A stretch of DNA of 64,000 nt from Candidatus Eiseniibacteriota bacterium (GCA_963783375.1 CAWANH010000029.1:896001-960000); one strand, 5' to 3'; positions 39,483-50,592 are shown, counted from the stretch's first letter. Notes: generated by a model from the letters alone, not told the origin. Translations and numbers: made by a program.

Positions 39483-41672
39483 CTAGGGAAGGACCACCAA
39501 CTTCCGGGTCGCCAGCGAACCGGCGACCCGGAACCGGGCAAAGTAGACCCCGGCGGGCACCGCACGGCCGTCGTCCGCCACGGCGTCCCACCGGGCCTGG
39601 AACTCCCCCGGGCCAAGGATCCCCAGGTCCCGCTCGGCGACACGCCGCCCACGAACGTCGTACACCGCCAGGCTTGCGCGACCGCCCACGTCCCCGGACA
39701 GCGTCCCGGAGAAGCCGAAGCCGGCGGCGGAGGGCATCGGGCTCACGGTCAGGCCTTCCAGGGCGGGAAAGAGGTCCGCGCGCTCGAAGACCGCCAGGAG
39801 CCAGCCCTCGGGGTCGGGTTCCACCCCCCAGTCCGCCCGGGGCAGGTCCACCGCCCATGAGCTGTACTCGCCGTCCACCCGGCGGGCCTCATCCAATTCC
39901 GCGCCCGGGCTCAGGTATCGGATCTGGATCGGCATGCGGTAGAGGGCGGTGCCCGAGGGAACCTGGCGGATCCGCACCCGGAGCCGGGTTCCGGCGCCGG
40001 CGGGGGCGCTCCGCCAGTCGATCTGGTACTTCGGGTACCCGGTCTGGCCGAGCCACGGGCCGAAGAACCAGGTCAGGTTCTCGCCGAGCACGTCCTCCGC
40101 CGCGGCCTGGAAGTCGGCGGAGGTGGCGTTGCCGTATGCATGCTCGGCGGCATAACGGCGGAAGATGTCCAGGAAGCGCTCATCCCCGGGAGCGGTTCGG
40201 CCTTCGAATTCGTCGGTCCTCATCGGAGGTCCCCCGGCCGACCTCAGGCGGCACACCGAGCGCAACATGTCGAGAACCCGCGCCCCCTTGTTGTACTCCA
40301 CGAAGGAGAGGAGCCGGCCCGGAAGCGGCTCGGTGAGAGGCTGGTCCAGCTGCGGGTTGGCCAGATAGACGCTGTCCATGACCGCCAGGCGCTCGCGCAT
40401 CGGTCCCCAACCGTAGCGGTACTCGGTGAATAGCAGGTCGAAGTAGGTGGCGAAACCTTCGTTGAGCCAGATGTCCCGCCACGCGGACGGGGTGATCATG
40501 TCTCCCCACCACTGGTGGGCCAGTTCATGGGCGTAGAGATCCTCCAACTCCCTCTCGGTCGAGCGCCCCCCGATGAAGTACCAGCCGATCAGGGTGTTGG
40601 TTTGATGCTCCATGCCACCTCCGAAGTCCTCCACCGTCATGGCATAGCGGGGGAAGGGGAAGGGCCGGATCCGGGAGAAGAATGAAACCATGTCCGGCAC
40701 GGTGGCGAAGGCCTCGCGGGTGTCGTCGGCGATCTCCGGATAGGTGAAGAACTCCAGAGGAAGCCCGTCGGGGCCGGTCTCCTCCAGCTTCACATAGTCG
40801 CCCAGGTAGAAAGCCATGAGGTAGGTGGCCGTCGGCTGATCCATGCTCCACACGTATCGTGTCCGGTCCCCGATCGCGGTCTCCGAGACCAGGACTCCGG
40901 TCCCCGAGGCGACCAGGCCGGCAGGGGCGTCCACGGTCAGGGTGAGGGTGGCCTTGTCCCGGGGGACGTCGTGGCAGGGAAACCAGTTCCGGGCATAGGT
41001 GGGCTCGGCAAAGGTGTGGGATCCGCGGTCGGAAAACACGAGTCCTCCGGGAGGGGTGCTGATGCCCTGGCACTCGGGGTCGGTTCCCGCATAGGCGACC
41101 CGGATCTCGATTTGCCCGCCGGCGAGGACCTCGGAGATGGGTCCCACGCGAAGGAGGGCGGCAGCCTGTTCGTAGGGGACCTGGACGAAGGTGGTGTCGC
41201 CGCTCCCCCGCACTTCGACCCGGGACACCCCCATTCCGTCGAAGTCCAGGTCCAGCGCGGTCAACGACCGAAGGGCGGTGAGGGTCACCGTGGCTTCGGC
41301 GCGGACGGTGCGCATGGCCCGGTCGATCTCCTGGATGTGAATGTCGTAGTGGAGCACGTCCACGCTGTCGGCTTGCTCGGGCGGACCGAACTCCGGAGGA
41401 TTGCACGGCGCGAGGGTCGGAGACAGCGTTCGGACGACTTCGGCCAGCTCCCGGGCATCGAGCCGAAGCAGATCGTCGAGTTCGCCGGGGGGGACGAGTC
41501 CCTGCTCCAGGAAGGGGACCAGCGCCGGCACCGTCCGAGGCCCCGGCGGGGACGGGCGCCCGCTCGTCGCCGACGAGCCGGGAGCCCCGCCCGAGGCGAT
41601 GGCCGGGACGAGGAGCCCGACGAGGAGGAGGCTTCCCGCTAAGCGATTGTTGAAAAGGGTGTTATGCAACAT
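39483..41672 (-). CDS. Secreted M1 aminopeptidase with FlgD-like C-terminal domain
   Basis: GGMEH, HELAHQW..WLNEGFA; tail VYDVRGRRV...WD...GVYFAR. Confidence 0.92.
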   Translation of the reverse strand: MLHNTLFNNRLAGSLLLVGLLVPAIASGGAPGSSATSGRPSPPGPRTVPALVPFLEQGLVPPGELDDLLRLDARELAEVVRTLSPTLAPCNPPEFGPPEQADSVDVLHYDIHIQEIDRAMRTVRAEATVTLTALRSLTALDLDFDGMGVSRVEVRGSGDTTFVQVPYEQAAALLRVGPISEVLAGGQIEIRVAYAGTDPECQGISTPPGGLVFSDRGSHTFAEPTYARNWFPCHDVPRDKATLTLTVDAPAGLVASGTGVLVSETAIGDRTRYVWSMDQPTATYLMAFYLGDYVKLEETGPDGLPLEFFTYPEIADDTREAFATVPDMVSFFSRIRPFPFPRYAMTVEDFGGGMEHQTNTLIGWYFIGGRSTERELEDLYAHELAHQWWGDMITPSAWRDIWLNEGFATYFDLLFTEYRYGWGPMRERLAVMDSVYLANPQLDQPLTEPLPGRLLSFVEYNKGARVLDMLRSVCRLRSAGGPPMRTDEFEGRTAPGDERFLDIFRRYAAEHAYGNATSADFQAAAEDVLGENLTWFFGPWLGQTGYPKYQIDWRSAPAGAGTRLRVRIRQVPSGTALYRMPIQIRYLSPGAELDEARRVDGEYSSWAVDLPRADWGVEPDPEGWLLAVFERADLFPALEGLTVSPMPSAAGFGFSGTLSGDVGGRASLAVYDVRGRRVAERDLGILGPGEFQARWDAVADDGRAVPAGVYFARFRVAGSLATRKLVVLP

Positions 41673-42074
41673 GCCCCTCGGCCTGGGTACGGCGGTGACC
41701 CGGATATGAGCCCCGATCGGTCGAGTCTATCCTCCGAGGTTCCGGCACGGCACCCGAATTCAACCTGCTCCGTCTCCTCGCCCGAGGAGCGGGACCCGGC
41801 CCCGGGCCGGGTCGTGAGGCCCACCGACCCTCCCTGGGTCCCTTCCCCCATCTTGGGCTGAGGTCAGCCATCGGGGGCCAACCCCATGAACGATCGACGC
41901 TTGGGTCGCATTCGTTGGGTCGGCGCCGCCCATCCGGGTCCCCTCCCATCATCCGAAGCGGGATTTCCCCCACCCCAATCCCGACACCACGACTCGATCC
42001 TCCGGTGCAACGGAAAGAATAACTCCTTGAAATCCGGTCGTTTAGAAGTCCTTGGGACCGGGTCTCGCCGCGGG

Positions 42075-42090
42075 TGGCACCGCTCTTGCC
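42075..42090 (+). promoter_or_regulatory. Sigma54 (-24/-12) promoter of the small lipoprotein gene
   Basis: TGGCAC-CGCTC-TTGCC matches the consensus TGGCAC-N5-TTGC; AT-rich IHF-like tract at about 42015-42047. Confidence 0.75.
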
Positions 42091-42165
42091 CTTATTCAGT
42101 GGCACGCGCCGAGGGCGGTGGACAACGGCCCGGGCATCCGCAGGGGGTTTCAAGGAGAGCAGACC

Positions 42166-42339
42166 ATGAAGAGCCAAGCTTCCAAAGTCCGTCGGTTGAT
42201 CATCGCCGCCAGCGTCCTCGCCATCTCCGTCTTCGCCTGGGGCTGCGGCCAGACCGCTCCCACCGGGGTGGATACGAACAGCATCCAGCAGGACCAGCAG
42301 GTTGGGACGCAGAGCACGCAAGTTCCCGATTGGGAATAG
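42166..42339 (+). CDS. 57-aa small lipoprotein/peptide precursor
   Basis: SD AAGGAG; basic n-region, hydrophobic h-region, lipobox FAWGC; 30-aa Q/T-rich tail ending PDWE. Confidence 0.75.
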   Translation: MKSQASKVRRLIIAASVLAISVFAWGCGQTAPTGVDTNSIQQDQQVGTQSTQVPDWE

Positions 42340-42344
42340 GCGGA

Positions 42345-45300
42345 TTACGTGCGAAGCGCCAAGAGCGTGTTCCTTGATCCGGGGCAAAGACAGGTACAGT
42401 TTTCCTTCTACCCGGGATCATCCATTGAACTGCTGATAGTCTGGATGGCTTGAAGCACCCCTCGCTTGACTTCGATGGCGTTCTGTGGTGGAGCCAGATT
42501 TGAGCAACTCCAATCCCCAGAATGCCATATCCATGAATCGGTGTTCCTATGGAGATTCTGTGAACCTCTTCACGAACATCAGAGTCCGTCCGGTAGTCTT
42601 CCAAGTGCTGCGTCCGATAATACCGTGAAGGTGCGAGTAGCGGGGGTAGCCCCCCTGAGATGAAGAAGCGACCTGCGCGCGCGTTCATAGGCCTCTCGAG
42701 CCTCATCGCAAAGTCTGCCCAGCTTGCTTCAGGACATACGCCAGCCTCGTTTCGACTGAGGCCTGCTGATCCACTTGTCCCGTCGCCTTCAGGGCACTGA
42801 TCGCTCTCTCCAGGTGATTCGCAGCTGTCGTCCCACTGCTCAAGTGCACATGCAACGTGCATCACCTCGACCCTCAGCTAGATAGGCTTCGACCGCTGAG
42901 CGTGGAGTCTGCCTCAGACCCGCTTCCGCCTTGAACCAAGAGATCAGGTCGTACCGGCATTCGAAGCGAGAAAGTGGCAAGCCGCCACGCTTGAGCTCGC
43001 CAGCCCGCGATCTTCCAATCTCTCTGCTTCCTTGAGTACAAATTCCATCCGCCGATGTGCCGCCCCGAAGCGTCCTAGCTGCACCTCGTAGAAGCCCAGG
43101 AACAGCATGACCATCGCGGCCGTTCGATCGCTCTTCGTGGCCAATGCGGTGGACAGCGCCTGCGTGGTTCCGCGATGGGCCTCGAGAATCTTCCCGTTGT
43201 CGTAGGCCACAACGCTGGCGCGTGTCGAGAACCGGACCGAGTCCTGCCAACGCGAAGCTTTCTCCGCGAGCGCCACGGCTCTGTGGGTGAAGGGCGCGGC
43301 CGCCTCCGGGTTCCCCCTCTGGAACTCGAGTCCGGCCCTCGCATAGAAGTAGTAGGGATCCGATTCCAATGTTTCGGGCCCCAGGCGACGTTCGGCCTCC
43401 TCCAGAAACGTCGCCATGGCCTTGATGTCGCCGACTTGCGCGGCCAGGCGGGCCCTCCCCACCAGATACTTGAGGAGCAGAGGCTCGTCGGACTCCGGCC
43501 CGTGACGACACGTCTCGTAGGCGCCGGTGGCTTCGGGGAACCGCCCGACCTCCCACAGAAACTCCGCCTTCTGCAACTCCGCCCGGACCCGCTCCCGCTC
43601 CGTAGCCTCGGCGGACGCGGACAACGCCTCGCACTCCGCCACCGCGCCCTGCCAATCACCCACCGCGAAGAGAGCGTCGGCCAACATCCGGCGACGATCG
43701 ATCTCGACCTCCGGCGGGCTCTCGGACCCGAGCAGGCGCCGGAGGATCTCCACCTCTTCCGGGAACCGGCCGAGCCGATGGGCCGCGCGCCGTCCCGCTT
43801 CCCATACGAACAGGAATTCCGGTTTCCGGGCCTCGGGTCGATCCTTGAACTCCTTCCAGAACCCCAGCACGTCCTCGTAGCGGCCCTCGGCAAGCCGGCT
43901 CCCGAGCGCGTCCCCCAGATACCCCGGCAGGAAGATCCCCCGGGCGAACAGGTCTCGCGCCAGGGCAAGATCGCCTCGATGGAGGTCCCCGGAGCCCTCC
44001 AGGCGGGCCGCGATCGCCTCGATCCGTTCCCCCCCGAAATGGTTTGCGCTGGAGCGGCGCAGGGCGGCGTGCACCAGCCAATCGGGGATTCTCTCCTGTA
44101 ACTCTCCCCGCTCGTAATCTCCGCGACTGAGGCCCAGCCGCCTGATTTCCCCCTGGACCCGGATCCGCTCCGTCTCGCTCCAATCCAGGGCCTCGGCCAG
44201 CGACGACCATCGCCAACCGGTGTCGCTCCAGGCGAGGAGCGACAGGGCGTCCCGAGCCCCGGCCGACGCCCGCTCCCACATGATGACGGCCTCGGACTCC
44301 ACGGTCCGCGCCTCGGAGTCCGGTCCACCCTGCGGCCGCCCCCCCGGGCGGCCCGCTTCAGGAGCACCAGGCCGAGTGGGCTGGCCCCGGATCGGACCTC
44401 GGGGCGCGGGTGATCGACACCGTAGCCCTCCTCTTCGGGAAAGAGATCGAGGACGAGCCCGGCCAGACCGTCCTCCTCCGGTCCCGGCCAATCCTCGGCC
44501 AGTGCGCGCACCGCGCCGCCGAGCCATACCGAGTCATCGTCGGGCTCCACCGCCGGGACGATCTTGAGCACACAGGTGCGGGTGCCGCTCCCCTCCCGGT
44601 CCCTCCCCACCACAAAGGCCCTGAGGAGTCGCGATTCCACCCCCCCCGCCCGCTCGGGCCAGAGCACCACCACGTCCTTCTCCTCGAACCGGCGCGCCAG
44701 CTCCCGGGCCAGCCGCACCGGATCGGGGTCCCCCGTCGCGGCCTCGAGCCAGTCGCGCACCGCACCAAGTGGGAGATCCCACAGGGCGGCCCAGCCTTGA
44801 CCCACGAGCCGGCGGGCCATCGCACGGGCCGCGGTGGTCCGTCCGGTTCCCGCGCGTCCCCGAAGCGCTACCGCGCCCACCGCCCCCCCGCCGAGGTTGC
44901 TCATCCACGTTTGCCAGCGATCCAGGGCGGTGTCGAGACCGAACACCCCGGCTTCGAGGACATCGGGGCCCCAGGCCGCGGCATCGGCCCGGAGGTCCGA
45001 CCAGCGCACGGGGCCCCGCTCGGCGGGGACCGGACGTCCGAGGGCGGTGAGAAGGGTGAGGAGCTCGGGCGAGGTCCGCCGGACCGGCGGAGGCACCTCG
45101 GGTCCGGCGGCCAGGCGCTTCATGGCCTCCGCGGAGCCGAGTCCTTCCCAGGGACCCCGTCCGTCGATCCAGGTCGTCGCGGTGGCGGCCAGCGCGTACA
45201 GATCCGAGGCGGGGGCCGCGCCCTCACCGCGGGCGGTTTCAGGCGCCAGGTATCCAAGGGTGCCGCGAACCCCCGCCCGAGCCGCCTCGGTCAGGGGAAG

Positions 45301-45765
45301 GGTGAGCCCCAGATCGGCCACCTTCGACCGCCACCGCTCCCCCTCCTTCCAGACCAGGAGGTTTCCGGGAGCGACGTCGCCGTGAACGTAGCCGTGGCGG
45401 TGAAGGTAGTGGAGCCCGCGGAGCGCCTGGGTCAGAGCCGCCCGCACGGCGGGCTCACCCCCGATTTCCCAGATCCGGGTCGGCTCCAGGGCGGGCACGT
45501 ATTCCATGAGGTGAGCCACGGTGTTTCCGTGACGAAGCAGATCGCGGGATTCGATGAGGCACGGATGGCGCAGCCGGGCCAGCAGCCGGTACTCCAGGAG
45601 CAGCGACTTGTTGGCTTCGGGCCCGCCCCCCACCTTGAGAGCGGAGATGCGGCCGGTCCAGCGGTCCCGCACGCGGAAGAGCCGGCCTTCCGCCCCTTCG
45701 GCCAGCGGGACCCAATCGGTGAAGCGGCCGCCGAAGTCCCCTTCGTTCTGTGCATCCAGGCTCAT
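42345..45765 (-). pseudogene. Ser/Thr kinase + degenerate P-loop + TPR protein, frameshifted as assembled
   Basis: HGDVAPGN, DLG, GTLGYLAPE; GRAGTGRTT; frameshift at G7 near 44340; TPR-like helices; several more shifts in 42350-42960; reconstructed end ...IQTISSSMDDP..LYLSLPRIKE.LLALRT*. Confidence 0.7.
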
Positions 45766-45851
45766 GGTTCCGCCGTAGGTCGATGCCCCATTGACTTGCC
45801 CCCCGCCTCCCTTGACACTCCTCGCGTCCCGTTCCCGGAGGGCCCATCGCG

Positions 45852-46529
45852 ATGAAGATAACCCATCCCGAGCTGGCTGAGGCCCGCTCCCTGGACGAGG
45901 CGGTCGCCCTCCAGGAGACGGTCCGGGGGCTGGTCCGGCTGGCGCCGTTCCGCCGGCATCCCCATCGGGTGGTGGGAGTGGACGCGGCCTATGCCCCCGA
46001 CGGCGTCCTGGGGTACGCGGCCGCGGTGGCGCTCAACGTCGAAACCCTGATCCGGATCGAGATCCAGACCGGGGTGACCGCATGCACATTCCCCTACGTT
46101 CCCGGACTTTTCGCCTTTCGTGAACTTCCCATCCTGCTCGCCGCCTTGCGGAAGCTCACCGAAGCCCCGGACGTGCTCCTGGTGGAGGGACACGGGGTGG
46201 CCCACCCCCGCCGGGCGGGCCTGGCCACCCACCTTGGGGTTCTGCTGGACGTCCCCACCATCGGCTGCGCCAAGACCCCGCTGGGGGGAGAGTGGCGGGA
46301 GCCCGAACGCCGGGCCGGATCCTCCAGCGAGGTCCGAATGGGCGGGGAGGTGGTGGGCGTCGCCTTCCGGTCCCGACCCGAGAGCGCGCCGATCTTCCTC
46401 TCTCCCGGCCACCGGGTCGACCTTCCCTCGATCCTGGAGCTGGCCCCCCGGCTCTTCCACGGCCATCGCCTCCCCGAGCCCCTTCATCTCGCCCACGAGA
46501 CCGCGGAGAGGACCCGCCGCCACCATTGA
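45852..46529 (+). CDS. nfi: Endonuclease V
   Basis: GVDAAY, FPYVPGLFAFRE, GHGVAHPRRAGLA, IGCAKT, SPGH, RLPEP. Confidence 0.93.
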   Translation: MKITHPELAEARSLDEAVALQETVRGLVRLAPFRRHPHRVVGVDAAYAPDGVLGYAAAVALNVETLIRIEIQTGVTACTFPYVPGLFAFRELPILLAALRKLTEAPDVLLVEGHGVAHPRRAGLATHLGVLLDVPTIGCAKTPLGGEWREPERRAGSSSEVRMGGEVVGVAFRSRPESAPIFLSPGHRVDLPSILELAPRLFHGHRLPEPLHLAHETAERTRRHH

Positions 46530-46653
46530 TCCCCCGGCCGGCGCACGGGATCCCGCGTGGCCCTCACTCCCCGGCCGGGCCTCGGCCCTTGGCCCCCCGC
46601 CCTTCGGCGGGCTATCATTCATCTCCGAATTCCAACCGCTTGGAGGCGATGTC

Positions 46654-47601
46654 ATGCGTTCGTTGTATCCGCCGATCGATCCCTACAAGACCACCCAGCT
46701 CCAGGTTTCGCCGGTTCACACGATCCACGTCGAGGAATCCGGAAACCCCAAGGGTCGGCCGGCGGTCTTCGTCCACGGCGGACCCGGGGGCGGCAGCATC
46801 CCCCAGTATCGCCAGTACTTCGACCCGGACGCCTACCGCATCGTGGTCTTCGACCAGCGGGGGTCGGGAAAGAGCACTCCTCACGCAAATCTGGAGCAGA
46901 ACACCACCTGGGACCTCGTGGCGGACATGGAGAGGATCCGGGAGGCCCTGGACATCGATCGCTGGTTGGTTTTCGGCGGTTCCTGGGGGAGCACGCTCTC
47001 CCTGGCCTACGCCCAGACCCATCCCGATCGGGTGAAGGCGCTGGTGCTTCGCGGTATTTTTCTGCTCCGTCCCAAGGAAATCCGATGGTTCTATCAGGAG
47101 GGGGCGAGCTTCATCTTCGCCGATGCCTGGGAAAAGTACCTGGCTCCGATTCCCGAGGCGGAGCGGGACGACCTGGTGGCCGCGTACTACCGGCGGCTGA
47201 CCAGCGACGATCCCGCGATCCGTTCCGAGGCGGCCCGGGCCTGGAGCGTGTGGGAGGCCACCACCAGCAAGCTCATCCCCGATCCCAAGCTCATCGAGGA
47301 TTTCGGGGGGGACGAGTTCGCCGAGGCCTTCGCGCGCATCGAATGCCACTACTTCACCAATCGCGGGTTCTTCGAACACCCCGACCAACTCCTGGAAGGT
47401 GTGGACCGGATCCGTTCCATCCCCGCAGTCATCGTCCAGGGTCGCTACGACGTGGTCTGCCCGATGACCACGGCCTGGGACCTCCACCGTCGTTGGCCTG
47501 AAGCGGACTTCCATCTTGTTCCCGACGCCGGTCACTCCGCCGGCGAGCCCGGAATCGTGGACCAGTTGATCCTCGCCACCGACCGGTTCAAGGAGTTGTA
47601 G
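46654..47601 (+). CDS. pip: Proline iminopeptidase
   Basis: HGGPGGG, FDQRGSG.S.P, GGSWGSTL, QGRYD..CP, AGHS. Confidence 0.96.
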   Translation: MRSLYPPIDPYKTTQLQVSPVHTIHVEESGNPKGRPAVFVHGGPGGGSIPQYRQYFDPDAYRIVVFDQRGSGKSTPHANLEQNTTWDLVADMERIREALDIDRWLVFGGSWGSTLSLAYAQTHPDRVKALVLRGIFLLRPKEIRWFYQEGASFIFADAWEKYLAPIPEAERDDLVAAYYRRLTSDDPAIRSEAARAWSVWEATTSKLIPDPKLIEDFGGDEFAEAFARIECHYFTNRGFFEHPDQLLEGVDRIRSIPAVIVQGRYDVVCPMTTAWDLHRRWPEADFHLVPDAGHSAGEPGIVDQLILATDRFKEL

Positions 47602-47655
47602 CCGCCTACCGCCGTTCCCGGTCCCCATCAACCGGGACCATCGAAGGAGAGCCGT

Positions 47656-50283
47656 ATGCCGCAACGTCTCCTGCTTCCGCGTGCCATGGTCCTCGGGATG
47701 TGCTGCGTGCTGGCCGGCGCCGTCTTCGGCGCCTCGGAAGCGCGGGCGGAGATCGTCCGGTTGGGGCACGACGTCGTTCCCACCTTCGAAGAGGTTCACC
47801 TCACCGTCGACCCCGATCGCCCGGACTACTCGGGGTCGGTGCAGGTCGTTCTCCAGGTGAATCGGGAGACCGACCGGTTCCGCTTCCACGCCCGGAGCCT
47901 CACCCTGGACCGGAGCGTCCTGATCGGCCAGGACCTCCGGGTGGTGCTCAAGTCGGAACCGGTGGGAAACGACCTGATCGAGGTGCGCGCCGACCGGCCG
48001 CTGGCGCCGGGAAAATACGTTCTGGCCGTGTCGTTCCACAGCCTTTTCGACACCACCGCGGTCGGACTCTATCGAGCCGAGGCCGGCGGCCGGCATTACG
48101 TGTTCACCCAGTTCGAGGCCGCCGACGCCCGGCGCGCCTTTCCCTGCTGGGACGAACCCGAGTTCAAGGTCCCCTGGCAATTGACGGCGCGGATCCCCGA
48201 GAATCTGGTCGCAATCGGGAACACCCCGGTCCGGTCCGAGAAGCAGGACGGCGACTGGAAGACGGTGAGCTTCGACAACACCAAACCCCTTCCCAGCTAC
48301 CTCCTGGAGCTCTCGGTGGGGGCCTTCGACACCGTTCCGATCGCCGGCATGGGGGTGCCGGGTTCGGTGGTTGCGGTGAAGGGCCAAGGCGACCTGGCCG
48401 AGGCCGCGGCGCGGGAAACCCCGGCCATCATGGACGCCCTTGAGCGCTACTTCGGGCGACCCTACCCCTATCGGAAGCTCGATCTCATCGCCGCGCCGGA
48501 GTTCTGGCCGGGCGCCATGGAAAACGCCGGGGCGATCACCTTCGCCGACCGGCTTCTCCTGGTGGACGCGAGCGAGGAGACCCCGTCGCGCGTCCGCAGC
48601 CTGGTCCGGATCACCGCCCACGAGATCTCACACCAGTGGTTCGGGGACCTGGTGACCATGACGTGGTGGGACGACCTTTGGCTCAACGAGTCCTTTGCCG
48701 ACTGGATGGGCGACAAGATCACCCAGGAGGTTCATCCCGAGCTGCACCAGAACATGGAGACCCTCAACGCCTCGCTGGAGATCATGGAGCAGGACGCCCA
48801 GCCCTCGGCCGAACCGATTCGCAATCCGGTCAACTCCATCGCCGAGATGCTGGGCAACGTCGGCCTGGCTTACAACAAGGGCAAGGCCGTCCTCGGCATG
48901 TTCGAGTCCTGGGTGGGACCGGAAAGCTTCCGGCGGGGAATCAACGCCTACCTCGCCGCTCACGCCTGGGGGAACGCCTCCTCCTCCGATCTCTGGGCCG
49001 CGCTGGCCGACGTGTCCGGAAAGGACGTGGCCGGCGGCATGTCCACGTTCATCGAGCAGCCGGGATTGCCGCTGGTGAGGGTGGAACTCCTTCCCGGCGG
49101 GAAAGCCCGCGTTTCCCAGGAGCGATTCCGGAACTTCGGGACGGAATCCAAGAACCTCCTCTGGAAGGTCCCCGTGGTCCTCACCTACCCCTCGGGGGAC
49201 TCGCTGGCGAGCCGGACCGTCTACCTGGACACCCGGAGCTCGGAGGTGGACCTGGGGTCGGGCGCGCCTCCGGCCTGGATCTATCCCAATGGCGGAGCCC
49301 ACGGCTACTACCGCTGGCGCACCTCGCCCGCGACCCTGGCCGCGCTGGCCGCCGCCGCCCCGACCGCGCTCTCCGCGCGCGAGCAGGTGGAGTTCCTGAG
49401 CAACCTGACCGGGCTCCTCAAGGCGGGGATTATCGGGGGGGACGCGTACTACCGCACCCTCAACGCCTTTTCCGGGACGACCAGTCCTTTCGTGGTGAAC
49501 GCGATCATCGGCGGCTTGGCCGGGGTGAAGGAAGCCCTGGTCCCCGACTCCCTCGCCGACGCCTATGCCGCCTACGTCAAGGCCACGCTCCAACCCGCCC
49601 TGACCCGCTTCGGCATGCGCCCGAGACCGGGAGAGGACGACGCCGTAACCCTCACCCGTCCCCGGCTGCTGGAGGAGCTGGGGAAGTCCGGACGGGACCC
49701 GGCGGTCCTCGCCTACGCGGATTCCATGGCCCAGCTCACCATGCAGCATCCGGACGAAGTCCCCGCGTCCCTCCACGACGCCGCGCTCGGTCTCGCCGCG
49801 TATCACGGAAACGCGTCCCTCTTCGACGCCTACCGCCAACGGTTCGAGACCGCGCAGACCCCGGTCGAGCGCGGGCGATACCTGACCGCCCTGGCGTCGT
49901 TTCGGGATCCGGAGCTTCAGAAGAAAGCCCTCGCCTTCGCCCTGGAGGGAACCCTCCGGACCAACGAGATGTTTGCGGTGCTCCGGGGGACGCCCAAGGA
50001 CGAGGCGAGCCGGGATCTCGTATTCCAATGGGTGATGGACCACTATCAGGCCCTCCTGAACCGCCTCCCTCCCGCGTTTTCGGAATTCATGCCGACCTTC
50101 GCCGGGGGCTGCTCCCCGGAGCGGCTCGCGGCCGCCAGGAGCTTCTTCGCGAGATCCGGACATGGCGGCCCTGGAATCGAGCATCGGCTCCGACGGGTGG
50201 CCGACGAGGTCGGGGCCTGTGAGGAACTCCACCGGCGGGAGGGCGCGGCGGCCGCCGCCTACCTGGAGGGCTATCGCCCTTGA
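47656..50283 (+). CDS. Secreted M1 aminopeptidase with ERAP1-like C-terminal domain
   Basis: TQFEAADARRAFPCWDEP, GAMEN, HEISHQWFG...WLNE. Confidence 0.94.
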   Translation: MPQRLLLPRAMVLGMCCVLAGAVFGASEARAEIVRLGHDVVPTFEEVHLTVDPDRPDYSGSVQVVLQVNRETDRFRFHARSLTLDRSVLIGQDLRVVLKSEPVGNDLIEVRADRPLAPGKYVLAVSFHSLFDTTAVGLYRAEAGGRHYVFTQFEAADARRAFPCWDEPEFKVPWQLTARIPENLVAIGNTPVRSEKQDGDWKTVSFDNTKPLPSYLLELSVGAFDTVPIAGMGVPGSVVAVKGQGDLAEAAARETPAIMDALERYFGRPYPYRKLDLIAAPEFWPGAMENAGAITFADRLLLVDASEETPSRVRSLVRITAHEISHQWFGDLVTMTWWDDLWLNESFADWMGDKITQEVHPELHQNMETLNASLEIMEQDAQPSAEPIRNPVNSIAEMLGNVGLAYNKGKAVLGMFESWVGPESFRRGINAYLAAHAWGNASSSDLWAALADVSGKDVAGGMSTFIEQPGLPLVRVELLPGGKARVSQERFRNFGTESKNLLWKVPVVLTYPSGDSLASRTVYLDTRSSEVDLGSGAPPAWIYPNGGAHGYYRWRTSPATLAALAAAAPTALSAREQVEFLSNLTGLLKAGIIGGDAYYRTLNAFSGTTSPFVVNAIIGGLAGVKEALVPDSLADAYAAYVKATLQPALTRFGMRPRPGEDDAVTLTRPRLLEELGKSGRDPAVLAYADSMAQLTMQHPDEVPASLHDAALGLAAYHGNASLFDAYRQRFETAQTPVERGRYLTALASFRDPELQKKALAFALEGTLRTNEMFAVLRGTPKDEASRDLVFQWVMDHYQALLNRLPPAFSEFMPTFAGGCSPERLAAARSFFARSGHGGPGIEHRLRRVADEVGACEELHRREGAAAAAYLEGYRP

Positions 50284-50382
50284 CCGTCCTCGTTCCGGGA
50301 GGGAGGGTTGTCAGACCGGCACCAACTGGGGTTAGCTTGAGCAATCGAACGCGGTCCGATCCGGCCGACCAAGGAGGCTTCC

Positions 50383-50592
50383 ATGAGCGATCACGTCTAC
50401 AAACACATCGAAATCACCGGTTCCTCGAGCAAGTCCTATCAGGAGGCCATCGAAAACGCGGTTGAGCGGTCGGCGAAATCGGTGGAGAACATGCGCTGGT
50501 TCCAGGTGCTGGAGAGCCGGGGGCACATCGAGAACGGTAAAGTGTCCCACTGGCAGGTCACGATCAAGATCGGTTTCACCCTGAAGGACTGA
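50383..50592 (+). CDS. Dodecin
   Basis: HVYKHIEITGSS...MRWFQV...WQVTIKIGF. Confidence 0.95.
   Translation: MSDHVYKHIEITGSSSKSYQEAIENAVERSAKSVENMRWFQVLESRGHIENGKVSHWQVTIKIGFTLKD

Noticed and set aside
42200-42865. 221-aa minus-strand ORF as an independent gene
   Set aside because: It is a mosaic of frames from the frameshifted TPR tail and runs antisense over the lipopeptide gene.
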